DNA of 64,000 nt, from NCBI GenBank assembly GCA_947625185.1, contig CANQNJ010000001.1:8771-72770 (forward strand). Direction: 5' to 3'. The notes below the pieces were generated by a model that saw only the letters and a program-made list of their open reading frames with translations, was not told the origin of the DNA and did no database searches. This DNA is from an uncultured Clostridia bacterium (GTDB taxonomy: Bacteria > Bacillota > Clostridia > Christensenellales > CAG-314). This document shows, piece after piece, positions 35,483-45,016 of the stretch (positions within the stretch are counted from its first letter, which is position 1; every line of letters starts with the position of its first letter). The translations under genes were made by a program, and so were the position numbers.

Positions 35483-36775
35483 ATGAAAAAGCTATTTGCA
35501 ATTTTGCTTACGGTTGCGCTGATTGTTTCCGCTGTGTGCGTGCTTGCGGCTTGCAATGGTAACAAAACTGACGTCGCTGCAGCAATCGAGGCTGCAGAAA
35601 AAATGACGCTTGAAGAGCTTGAAGCTGCTTCCAAAAAGGAATTTGAAGACAATCCCGATGCAGTGTTCAATGCCGACTCATTAACTTCCGGTATAAAGAA
35701 GGCTTTAAGTGCTTTTGCGGAGAAATATGACTGGCTGAATTTCGCCAATTCTGAAGATGTAAAAGAAAATCCTGATGCATTGAAAGGAAAGAATGCTGTT
35801 TACAACAGCAAGAAAGGTTCTGAATATCAACCAAAGCTTACCGCCGCAAAAAAATCAAATGCTTATATTGCGGACTTCGTTATGATTCAGGATGCGTCGT
35901 TTGTGGATTCGTTGGTTAAGGACAAGTTCCTGCTTAGCTATGTTCCTCAAGGAAGTGAATTCCAACTTTCTGAAACCAACCCGCTTGTTGGTGTGACATT
36001 CAATAAGGTATTTATGTACAACAATTCTGTTGTCGGCAAAGACCAACTCAAAAATGTATGGCAATTGACCGGAAAGGATGGCAGTACTTTGAAGGGTATC
36101 GATAAGGTTTCTTATCAAAGTCCGCTTGGAGAAGATGTCAATATGAGTTTCCTTATTATGCTCACAAGCCCGGATGCATGTGAAAAATTAACCAAGGCTT
36201 ATAAGAGTTATTTTGGACAAGATTATGTCAAGGAAGCAGACTACGAGAATATCGGCTACAAGTTTGTGGCAGAGTTTATTAAAAATGTAGAATATTGGCA
36301 CAAATCAGATTCAACCGAGGTTAAAGAGATAAACAATGAGGACAAAAAAGATGGACGTGTAGTATTCGCCGGACTTTGCAAACTCAAGGATTATCCTGGA
36401 TACAAAGTTGAGCCTTCCGATCCAAGTTATTACAAAGAGGTTGTCAGCGCTGCGGGATGGAACCAAGATGTAGAAGGATTCCCCGGATTCGTTTATAATA
36501 TGTGGACGCTTATTCCCAGCACTGCTAAATTGCCCTACACGGCTTGCCTGTTTACAAGATATCTCCTTACCAAAGACGGATACTCGGCAGGATGGGGTGG
36601 TGTTCTTGGATACTACAGCGCCAACTCCAAAATTGGCTCTGTAGATGGAGATCCTTCTCTCGCTAAGTGGAAAGAAATGGCTGTTGTTGAAGATGTTGCG
36701 TATATTAACTCTGTGTATGGATCTGTATCCAAATTCATCAATCAACAAATGTCTACAACAAGTGCTGCAAAATAA
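35483..36775 (+). CDS. ABC transporter substrate-binding lipoprotein (substrate unknown)
   Basis: The signal peptide carries the lipobox VLAAC-NG. The product is 430 aa and lies upstream of the permease and ATPase genes. Confidence 0.8.
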   Translation: MKKLFAILLTVALIVSAVCVLAACNGNKTDVAAAIEAAEKMTLEELEAASKKEFEDNPDAVFNADSLTSGIKKALSAFAEKYDWLNFANSEDVKENPDALKGKNAVYNSKKGSEYQPKLTAAKKSNAYIADFVMIQDASFVDSLVKDKFLLSYVPQGSEFQLSETNPLVGVTFNKVFMYNNSVVGKDQLKNVWQLTGKDGSTLKGIDKVSYQSPLGEDVNMSFLIMLTSPDACEKLTKAYKSYFGQDYVKEADYENIGYKFVAEFIKNVEYWHKSDSTEVKEINNEDKKDGRVVFAGLCKLKDYPGYKVEPSDPSYYKEVVSAAGWNQDVEGFPGFVYNMWTLIPSTAKLPYTACLFTRYLLTKDGYSAGWGGVLGYYSANSKIGSVDGDPSLAKWKEMAVVEDVAYINSVYGSVSKFINQQMSTTSAAK

Positions 36776-36850
36776 TTAATATTTGAGTGTATAACAAATG
36801 TAATTTCGGGAGGAGGCCATACCTCCTCCCTACATTTATTTGGAGCATAT

Positions 36851-38680
36851 ATGATTAACAAAAAGCAATTCGATTTAAAAAGGTTTGGAAATGGTGTGAA
36901 GTCCTACTTTTCCAAGCCGGCCAATATTATCACTATAGTTTTTTTGGTAATATTGGTATTGACGGTTGTATTACCTCTTGCCACATTGTTTATAGGGTCT
37001 TTTCGTTATAACACATCTCAAGAGGCAATGATGAAACCGGGCGCCGCTGAAGGAGATTGGACTTTTGACCATTGGAAAGACCTGCTTACTGATAAAGAAT
37101 ATGATTACGCCAAGTATAAGCTTTGGGTTCCGCTTGGCAAGTCAATTTTGATGGCAATATTGGCATGCTTTATTGCTGTTATATTCGGTGGAGTGGTTGC
37201 ATGGTTTATTACAAGAGCGGATATCCCCGGTAAAAAATTTATTTCCACCATATTTGTGTTTCCTTATATTATGCCGAGTTGGTCAATAGCGATGTTTTGG
37301 GAAAATTTCTTTAAAAACACTGCTATAGGTGGGACTAGGGGCATGTTGCAGATGATAACCGGAATTTGCGTGCCGCAAAGTTGGGTTTACGGCTTGGTGC
37401 CTTGCTCGATTTGTTTGGGACTTCACTATGCGCCCTTCGCCTATATCCTTATCGGCGGAATTTTGCGCAATATGGACGCAAACCTTGAAGAGGCGGCAAC
37501 GGTATTAAAGGCCTCTCGTATCAAGATATTATTCCGCGTAACGTTACCAATTGTTGCTCCAGCGTTGATCTCTACGGTATTGTTGGTGTTCAGCAGTAGT
37601 ATCAGCAGTTTTACAGTTCCATATTTTTTGAATAAGGATGGTGGATTTATTGCGCTTTCGGTGCAATTGAAAAACCTCATTAACAGCGGATTTACTAAGG
37701 GACAAGGATATGTTATGGCAATCATTTTGATGATGTTTTCCATAGCTATATTGACACTAAACAATTGGTTTACGGGCAAGCGTAAGTCTTTTACCACTGT
37801 AACGGGCAAATCAGGGCAGGTATCTCTTGTCAAAATGGGTAAAGCGCGTATACCTATTGCAGTGATTATGATAATTGTGGTAGCTTTCTTTGCAATTGTT
37901 CCGCTTGTCAGTTTCGCATTGGAGAGTATGATGGAAACGATGGCAGATGGGACACAGCGTCTTACGTTGGATTATTGGTTCTCCAAAGAGCTAACAGAAG
38001 GTAGCGTTAAGGGTGATACAGTAGGCATTTTGGCAAGCGCAATTATGTGGAAAGCGCTTGGACGCTCATTAGCATTGTCTATAATTGTTGCTCTATTTTC
38101 GGGAACTTTTGGCGTTTTGATAGGCTATGCTGTTGCGCGTAAACGCGATAGTCGTCTTGCGACGCTGGTGTCCAATCTGGCCTTCTTCCCTTATTTGATA
38201 CCCGCAATGAGTTTTGGCGCGGTATATTTGGCACTGAGCTATACGGAAGGTTTTACATGGTTGGATGGGTCTTTTGTGTTGTTGGCGCTTGTGGGAGCAA
38301 TTAAATTTATGCCATTTGCCTCACGCACAGGTACTAGCGCAATGATGCAACTTTCCGGCGAGATAGAGGAAGCGGCGATTATGCTCAACGTGCCTTGGTG
38401 GAAGCGAATGGTTCGAGTACTGTTTCCCATTCAAAAGGCGAGCTTCATCAGCGGATATTTGCTTCCTTTCATCAGTTGTATGAGAGAGTTGTCGCTGTTT
38501 GTGTTGCTTACAGTCAGCCACGAAACGTTGCTTACCACGCTGTTGGGCGAGTACAGTCGGACGGGTCTTACGGAATCGGCAAATGCCATCAACCTGTTGA
38601 TAATCATAGTGGTGTTGGTTATTCAATTTGTCGTTAACAAACTTACGGGTGCGTCCATAGATAAAGGAGTAGGAGGCTAA
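36851..38680 (+). CDS. ABC transporter permease, fused double MetI-like domain (FbpB/ThiP-type architecture)
   Basis: The product is 609 aa with about 12 TM helices in two repeated halves, each with an EAA-like loop (EEAATVLKASR / EEAAIMLNVPW). Confidence 0.85.
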   Translation: MINKKQFDLKRFGNGVKSYFSKPANIITIVFLVILVLTVVLPLATLFIGSFRYNTSQEAMMKPGAAEGDWTFDHWKDLLTDKEYDYAKYKLWVPLGKSILMAILACFIAVIFGGVVAWFITRADIPGKKFISTIFVFPYIMPSWSIAMFWENFFKNTAIGGTRGMLQMITGICVPQSWVYGLVPCSICLGLHYAPFAYILIGGILRNMDANLEEAATVLKASRIKILFRVTLPIVAPALISTVLLVFSSSISSFTVPYFLNKDGGFIALSVQLKNLINSGFTKGQGYVMAIILMMFSIAILTLNNWFTGKRKSFTTVTGKSGQVSLVKMGKARIPIAVIMIIVVAFFAIVPLVSFALESMMETMADGTQRLTLDYWFSKELTEGSVKGDTVGILASAIMWKALGRSLALSIIVALFSGTFGVLIGYAVARKRDSRLATLVSNLAFFPYLIPAMSFGAVYLALSYTEGFTWLDGSFVLLALVGAIKFMPFASRTGTSAMMQLSGEIEEAAIMLNVPWWKRMVRVLFPIQKASFISGYLLPFISCMRELSLFVLLTVSHETLLTTLLGEYSRTGLTESANAINLLIIIVVLVIQFVVNKLTGASIDKGVGG

Positions 38681-38683
38681 GCT

Positions 38684-39883
38684 ATGCCAAAAATTATTTT
38701 AGAAAATGTAACAAAGAGATTTGACAAATTCGTTGCGGTTGACAATCTTAGTATGGTGATAGACGATCGCGATTTCGTGATCCTTTTGGGACCGAGCGGC
38801 TGCGGAAAAACTACGACTTTGCGTATGATCGCAGGTCTGGAAACGCCCACAGAGGGACGTATTACCATCGGAGAACAGGTGGTGTTCGATTCGGCAAAAG
38901 GGATAAATGTGCCGCCGGGAAAGCGCGATATAGGTTTTCTTTTTCAGAACTATGCTTTGTGGCCGCATATGACTGTGTACCAGAACATTGCATTCGGTTT
39001 GGAAAATCTTAAATGGAAAAAGGATCGGATACGCGAACGCGTAAACGAAATGCTGTCCCTGCTCAAAATCGAACAATTTGAGAAACGCTATCCAAGTGAA
39101 CTGTCGGGTGGACAGCAACAGCGTGTGGCTATTGCCCGTACGTTGGCGCCCAGCCCGAAAGTACTGTTTATGGATGAACCGCTGTCTAACCTTGACGCAA
39201 AGCTACGTCTCGAAATGCGTACCGAATTAAAGCGCTTGCACGCCAATACCGATTCGACTTTCGTATATGTAACTCACGACCAATTGGAAGCAATGACGCT
39301 TGCGACCAAGGTTTGTCTGTTGGATACGGGCGTGTTGCAGCAATACGATCCGCCGCTTGTGGTGTACAACAAACCAAACAATTTGTTTGTTGCCGATTTT
39401 GTCGGCAATCCCACGATGAACTTCATTCAAGGCAAGGCGCAGATAAACGGCAGCGTTGCGGAAGTGGAAATGTTGGGACATGAGTTTACTTTCCAAGCTG
39501 ACGAAGAGATCGAACCGACAACCGTGCCCGACGCGGAACAGTCGGCGGTCCCCGAAGTCGCGGAAGAGGAACAAATACCTGCGACGGAGAACGAACAGCC
39601 GACAGACGACCGTGTGGACGTCGTGATAGGTGTTCGTCCCGAGTTTTTGCGTGTAGAGCAGGGCAGTCTTGTCGGCAATATTTACACAACGTTGCCATCC
39701 GGTATGGAAACGACCGTAAAGTTGGAAGTCGGAGAGGAAATCATAACCTCCGTGGTATTCGGCAGCGTCGACTATCCTGCCAACAGCGAGGTGCATTTCT
39801 CCATTGTAGGCAACGGAGTAATTATGTTCGATTCCGTCAGTCGCAAAAAGATCGCAATGGGCAGTATTACGGAAAACAGATAA
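38684..39883 (+). CDS. ABC transporter ATP-binding protein (PotA/FbpC/MalK-like) with an acidic insertion in the C-terminal regulatory domain
   Basis: GPSGCGKTT, LSGGQQQRVAIAR and LFMDEPLSNLD are present. The C-terminal TOBE-like domain is interrupted by EEIEPTTVPDAEQSAVPEVAEEEQIPATENEQPTDD. Confidence 0.9.
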   Translation: MPKIILENVTKRFDKFVAVDNLSMVIDDRDFVILLGPSGCGKTTTLRMIAGLETPTEGRITIGEQVVFDSAKGINVPPGKRDIGFLFQNYALWPHMTVYQNIAFGLENLKWKKDRIRERVNEMLSLLKIEQFEKRYPSELSGGQQQRVAIARTLAPSPKVLFMDEPLSNLDAKLRLEMRTELKRLHANTDSTFVYVTHDQLEAMTLATKVCLLDTGVLQQYDPPLVVYNKPNNLFVADFVGNPTMNFIQGKAQINGSVAEVEMLGHEFTFQADEEIEPTTVPDAEQSAVPEVAEEEQIPATENEQPTDDRVDVVIGVRPEFLRVEQGSLVGNIYTTLPSGMETTVKLEVGEEIITSVVFGSVDYPANSEVHFSIVGNGVIMFDSVSRKKIAMGSITENR

Positions 39884-40080
39884 TCTTATAGCCGAATAGA
39901 TAAAATTGAAGAGTATGTCAATGACTTTGGATTCAGACCCAAAAAGTTGAATGCCATGTAATCAACTTGCGGGGTGCAATTCGATCTTGACATACTTTTT
40001 TTTACTCTTGGGCAAATGTGGAGACGCTGCGGTTATTTTCACATTATGTAAGCGAGTTGATTTATTAGCTCTCCCTGCTG

Positions 40081-40126
40081 CGGTATCGGGACAGCGATCG
40101 CTGTTTACCGCCATTTTTTTGTTTTT
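40081..40126 (+). terminator. Candidate rho-independent terminator after the ABC importer operon
   Basis: The stem CGGTAtcgggACAGC-gatc-GCTGTtTACCG is followed by ccaTTTTTTTgTTTTT. Confidence 0.5.
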
Positions 40127-40388
40127 CGGAATTTCGCGCGCATTTTGTTTTTTTTAGCGGTTATATTTTTGTCTTGATATTGAAACGTTGATTTGCATAA
40201 GCATTTTCCTGCATGATTGGAAAAATATTAACGCGCAGACGGCAAATCTATACATCAAGAAAACGTCAAAAGGGTAATATATTTATTAGTAAATTATATA
40301 TTTTGTCGAAATTTGTAAATAAATTTTCCGATTTGCTTAATTTTTACCCATACTGCGCGGTATTAATTAGAAAAGGAGGTTCATTACC

Positions 40389-41561
40389 ATGTCAATGAAT
40401 AAATTTTGTTTTCACGCCGTAGGACAGGGATTGTTTTATACGGGCAGCCTGTTTGACGGCAAATTCAACTTCGTATACGATTGCGGCACCGAGAACAGCG
40501 TTAGATATGTACAAAATGAAATCGACGCTTATGTTGACAGTTTGCCAAACGGTTGCAAAGCGTTGGATTTCGTTGTTATTTCACATATGCACAGAGATCA
40601 TTTTAGCGGGTTGAAGTATTTGCTGTCAAAGATCAGAGTCAGAAATCTTTACCTTCCGTATTTAGGCAACAATCCCGCTGTTATAAAAGTAATGCTCGCT
40701 GAGATTTTCTTCGGTGAATTGTTGGGAGTGAAGTATTTTGATGATTATAGTTTTGCAAGAGATTTGTATTTATCGCCATATCGAGTCAATAACTTGGATA
40801 ATGTGAGATATTTCGGAGAAAACGATGATGAATACAGGCAAGAACGCGAGAGAAGAAAGGACGAAACGGAAATCGAAACAACAAGATCTGTCACTGTCGA
40901 GGAAAAAGACGATTGGAGATACGTTACCGAACTGCTTCGATGTTTCGGATTGCGCAAGCGAGGGTGGACATTTGTTTTTGTAAACAAGCAAATTTCGCCC
41001 GCTGAGCAATCTAAACTTGATTCCCTGATACCAATTGATTGCGATCGATGCTTGGAGAATATGATACTTGCCGAGGACCTTGGCGGCATCAAAAAGATCG
41101 TCGATAATTATAAAGAAGTTTTTCCGAAAACTTTCTTTAACGATATGTCAACTGTATTATTGCATTTCCCCGACGACCGGAGTGCGTTGATCTCGCCTTT
41201 ATGCACCAAATCGTTAACGCATGGCGGTGGAGCAATACTTTCTTTTATTGCACAGCACAGTACTCTGTTGACGGGCGACGCCATGTTGGACGACGTTATG
41301 TTGAGTATATTGATGAGCTACTTTCCTTACGGATATGGGGTGCTTCAATTGCCTCACCACGGATCGGCAAAGAATTATTTCGGCAACAACAAAAAACCGC
41401 TTGAATTTTGGAGAAAATTTCAGTTTATGATAGCTTCTTTCGGATTGGGTAATCAGTATTGCCATCCCAATGTCAGTGTGGTAAACCACATTCATAGTCT
41501 ACCCGCCGAGCTGCTGACTTGCAACCAAACTCAATCGGTGGTGTACTCGATCTTAAATTGA
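40389..41561 (+). CDS. Metallo-beta-lactamase-fold hydrolase (orphan, AT-rich)
   Basis: AGGAGG lies 9 nt upstream of the ATG. FHAVGQGLFYTG...FVYDCGT...VISHMHRDHFSG (HxHxDH) and a late LPHHGS are present. The product is 390 aa. Confidence 0.8.
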   Translation: MSMNKFCFHAVGQGLFYTGSLFDGKFNFVYDCGTENSVRYVQNEIDAYVDSLPNGCKALDFVVISHMHRDHFSGLKYLLSKIRVRNLYLPYLGNNPAVIKVMLAEIFFGELLGVKYFDDYSFARDLYLSPYRVNNLDNVRYFGENDDEYRQERERRKDETEIETTRSVTVEEKDDWRYVTELLRCFGLRKRGWTFVFVNKQISPAEQSKLDSLIPIDCDRCLENMILAEDLGGIKKIVDNYKEVFPKTFFNDMSTVLLHFPDDRSALISPLCTKSLTHGGGAILSFIAQHSTLLTGDAMLDDVMLSILMSYFPYGYGVLQLPHHGSAKNYFGNNKKPLEFWRKFQFMIASFGLGNQYCHPNVSVVNHIHSLPAELLTCNQTQSVVYSILN

Positions 41562-41694
41562 CGGATGTTCCGATTGTCGACGGAAAATTACTGACGACGT
41601 ACATTATGCCATTGTGTGGATTGTAGATAAATGTGCTACTATGCCGAAATTTCGCAAAAAACAAAGTACTATTCGTGACATAGTATATGATTTT
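41538..41694 (+). repeat. About 160-bp direct repeat, copy C (contains hairpin 41667-41685); overlaps the last codons of the MBL gene
   Basis: See 33482-33642. The core here is TATGCCGAAATTTCGCAAAAAACAAAGTACTATTCGTGACATAGTATATGATTTT. Confidence 0.75.
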
Positions 41695-41835
41695 GCGCTC
41701 AAAACATAACAAAATAATAATGCAGACAAGACAACGGCGCAGCAAATTGTTGCTGCGCCGTTATCTTCGGCTTCCGATGTCAAATTTACATTTTACAAGC
41801 GGAATAAAAAGCGGGGGTTTTGCCCGAGAAGCGCT

Positions 41836-42507
41836 TTATCCGACGTAACGGGCTTTAAGAGAATAAATCGGTGCGCCTTGCGCTCGGAACTTTGCCTCGT
41901 ATTCCGTTACGATGTTGTCTTTTCCGTCGGGCAGGTCGTAGCAGACGTCGTACACCTCAAAGCCGTATTGAGCAAAACTTTCCTGTGACCAGATAAAGAA
42001 ATCGCGATTGTCCGTCTTTTGCAGGATCACGCCGTCGTCTGCAAGTATCCGTCTGTAAATATCGAGAAAGTTTTTGCTTGTAAGCCGACGGTTGGCATAT
42101 GTTTTCTTGGGGAAAGGACAGCTGAAATTCAACGCGATCTCCTCCACCGAATGGGGCGGCAAATATCTGTCGAGATTTTCCGCGCGCACATTGAGAAATT
42201 TGAGATTATTCACTCCCGACAATGCGGCGTTTTCGCAGGCGACCACGATGACGTTGGAAAGTTTCTCTACGGCGATATAGTTTCTGTCGGGACGACGTTT
42301 TGCGCTTTCAATTGCCCAAGCGCCTTTGCCGCAGCCTATTTCGAGTACGATCGGTTGCGCGCAAGCGAACACTGCGTCGACGTCTATGCGATAAGCCGCC
42401 TTTTCTTCCTCCGTCAACAGGTAGTAGCCGTCTCCCTCGCGGGCAAGCAGCAGATCCGAGCATTGCGCTATACGCTCTTCAAGGTGTTTTTTCAGTCGCA
42501 TTCTCAT
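41836..42507 (-). CDS. trmB: tRNA (guanine-N7)-methyltransferase TrmB
   Basis: LEIGCGKGAW (SAM motif I) and the FSCPFPKK pattern are present. The 223 aa product runs from the ATG at 42507 (MRMRLKK). The upstream 270 codons of the tracked ORF are Arg/Ala-rich and overlap nadE, so they are not credible. Confidence 0.85.
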   Translation of the reverse strand: MRMRLKKHLEERIAQCSDLLLAREGDGYYLLTEEEKAAYRIDVDAVFACAQPIVLEIGCGKGAWAIESAKRRPDRNYIAVEKLSNVIVVACENAALSGVNNLKFLNVRAENLDRYLPPHSVEEIALNFSCPFPKKTYANRRLTSKNFLDIYRRILADDGVILQKTDNRDFFIWSQESFAQYGFEVYDVCYDLPDGKDNIVTEYEAKFRAQGAPIYSLKARYVG

Positions 42508-44630
42508 AGTCTTTCCAACTCCGCAAGCCAGCCGGCGCTTTCGACGTCGCTCGGCATACGCCAACTGTATTTGGATAGGTCTACCGAGCCGAGCCGTACG
42601 CTGTCCGGCGCGCAGCTCCGTTTGTATTGTTGGGAGAAGAAGCGCCGTACGAAGAATTTCAGCCGAGCGAGGATTGTCGCGTCGTCGTATTTGCCTGCAA
42701 AAGACAGCTTGGCAAGTTCGTATACCTTGCGCGGAGTAAATCCCTTGCGCACCGTCATATACACAAAGTAATCGTGCAATTCGTACGGACCGACGATGTC
42801 CTCCGTGATCTGCGAGATTTTGCCGTCCTTGTCCGGCGGCAGCAGCTCGGGACTTACGGGGGTATCGATTATGTCGTGAAGCGCCTGTTTCAGCTCGCCC
42901 TTGGATGCGTCCTCGCAGTGGCGCAGCAACGCTTTGACAAGCGTCTTGGGGACGGAAGCGATGACGGCGTACATACTCATATGATCGCCGTTGTATGTAC
43001 TCCACCCAAGCGCCGCCTCGCTCATATCGCCCGTTCCGATAACCAACCCGTTGCAGGCGTTGGCAATGTCCATCAGAACTTGCGTGCGTTCGCGTGCTTG
43101 CGCGTTCTCGTATACGACGTCGGGCGCAAAGTCGTGTCCTATGTCTTTGAGATGTTGCGTTACGGATTCCGTTATGTCTATCTGTTTCAGCGACGCGCCT
43201 ATCGCCTCGGCAAGCCTTATGCTGTTGCGCAGCGTGCGTTTGCTCGTGCCGAAGCAGGGCATAGAGACGGCTTGTATATCGCTTGCGGGACGGTCGAGGA
43301 GTTTCAGCGCCCTTTGACACACAAGCAGTGCAAGCGTGCTGTCGCTTCCGCCGGAGATACCGATAACGAGCTTTTGCGCGCGGATGTGTTCGACGCGTTT
43401 TTTGAGTCCGTAAGCAAGTATCGTCAGCGTCCTTTCGGCAAGAGCGTCACGTTCCTCCTTGTTTTGCGGAACAAAGGGCGTCGGGCAATATACGCGCGTC
43501 GTTTTGCCGTTGAGCGGCAGTTGAAATTCTATTACGTCGTATCCTTCGGGAGATACGCCTTTGTCCAGATGCGCGCGCTCGTTCGCGATGAAGTTGAAGT
43601 CGCATTCTGCTTCGGCGTATCCTGTCGTAAAGGGTTTTGCCTCGCCGAGACATTCGCCGTTTTCGCAAATAATGTTGTGCGCCGAAAAAACCGTCACGGA
43701 AGTGGATTCCGACATTCCCGACGAGCAGTAGGCATATATAATATTGTTTTTTGCGGATTGCATTTCTATCATTTTCTTGCGGTAGGCGGCTTTTACCACC
43801 GTTTCGTTGCTTGCGGACAGATTGAATACCGCATTGGCTCCTGCCGCCGCGTGATATATCGATGGAGAGTCTGCCACCCATACGTCCTCGCAAATTTCCA
43901 CGCCGAATTTTACCTCGGGATGAAGCGAATCGGCGAATATAAGTTTGCAGCCGAACGGAACCTCTTTGCCGAACAGGCGCACCGCGGTATTGGCGCCGCC
44001 GTAGGGGCAGAAGTGACGTTTTTCCATAAATTCGTTGTAGTTCGGCAGATTTTTCTTGGGAACAACGCCCAATATTTCTCCGCGGCAGAGTATTGCAGCC
44101 GCGTTGTACAGTCTGCCGTCATTGCCCGTAAGGGGCAGTCCGACGGCGACGACGGCGTCGGTGTCGGCAAGCGCGTCGGTTATGTGTTTCAATTGGCGGA
44201 GGGCTTCGGTGCGCAACGTCTCCTGAAAGAACAGGTCGCCGCAGGAGTATCCCGTTATGCACAGCTCGGGCAAAATGACAAAACGTGCGTTTTTGCTTGC
44301 GGCGCGTTTCGCTTCGGCGATTATTCGTTCCGCATTGTAGGCGCAGTCGCCCACCTTGACGTCGGGGGATATGCAGGCTATTTTCACTATCCCGAGGCAG
44401 CTTTCGTTATCCTGCGCGACGTCGTTGCGTTCGTCGCCGAGCAAGTATTCGACGCTTACATCCAAAGCCGCGGCAAGTTTTTCCAATTTGTCCGCCTTGA
44501 TTTTCTGCAATTCTCCGCTCATTATTTTGTTGACGGTGCCTTGCGTAAGTCCGCTTGCTTCCGCCAATTGTTTAAGCGTCATACCTTTGCGTTTTTTCGC
44601 TTCGTTCAATTTCGATACGATCTGTTGCAT
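42504..44630 (-). CDS. nadE: Glutamine-dependent NAD+ synthetase (CN-hydrolase + NAD synthase domains) with an N-terminal XRE-type HTH domain
   Basis: Residues 5-65, LKQLAEASGLTQGTVNKIMSGE...LEKLAAALDVSVEYLLG, form an HTH_3 domain. A nitrilase-like domain follows (VILPELCITGY with the catalytic Cys), then the PP-loop GISGGSDS. Confidence 0.85.
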   Translation of the reverse strand: MQQIVSKLNEAKKRKGMTLKQLAEASGLTQGTVNKIMSGELQKIKADKLEKLAAALDVSVEYLLGDERNDVAQDNESCLGIVKIACISPDVKVGDCAYNAERIIAEAKRAASKNARFVILPELCITGYSCGDLFFQETLRTEALRQLKHITDALADTDAVVAVGLPLTGNDGRLYNAAAILCRGEILGVVPKKNLPNYNEFMEKRHFCPYGGANTAVRLFGKEVPFGCKLIFADSLHPEVKFGVEICEDVWVADSPSIYHAAAGANAVFNLSASNETVVKAAYRKKMIEMQSAKNNIIYAYCSSGMSESTSVTVFSAHNIICENGECLGEAKPFTTGYAEAECDFNFIANERAHLDKGVSPEGYDVIEFQLPLNGKTTRVYCPTPFVPQNKEERDALAERTLTILAYGLKKRVEHIRAQKLVIGISGGSDSTLALLVCQRALKLLDRPASDIQAVSMPCFGTSKRTLRNSIRLAEAIGASLKQIDITESVTQHLKDIGHDFAPDVVYENAQARERTQVLMDIANACNGLVIGTGDMSEAALGWSTYNGDHMSMYAVIASVPKTLVKALLRHCEDASKGELKQALHDIIDTPVSPELLPPDKDGKISQITEDIVGPYELHDYFVYMTVRKGFTPRKVYELAKLSFAGKYDDATILARLKFFVRRFFSQQYKRSCAPDSVRLGSVDLSKYSWRMPSDVESAGWLAELERL

Positions 44631-45016
44631 ATATTCTCCCGCATAAAACTCCCGCGTCGGCTCCGCTCATAGAGGTGCGGAAGAAGCCGTGCATGGAGTG
44701 TATAATTTTTATCTTTTATATTTTACTTTAAATTTTTTATAAAATCAACCGATGAACGACGCTTAATTTTATAAAAAAATTTAATAAAATTTGTTCATTT
44801 GCGCGAAATATTATAAAGGCGGCAAAAATAATATCTTATCGTAGAATTTGTTTTTGCATATCCCGATACGTTTTGCGTGCAGTTCGACGTCGAATGCCGT
44901 CCGCAAGAGAACGAAAAGCAATTTTCGCAGCGGAAAGTTGGCGCTTAATATTGATATTCCGCGTATTTTTTGATATTATATATATGATATTCAGGCAAGT
45001 GTGCCGAGGAGAAGTT

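Noticed and set aside
42508-43320. The N-terminal 270 codons of the 494 aa ORF containing trmB.
   Set aside because: The Arg/Ala/Gln-rich sequence overlaps nadE on the same strand in another frame. TrmB motifs begin only after the ATG at 42507, which overlaps the nadE stop.
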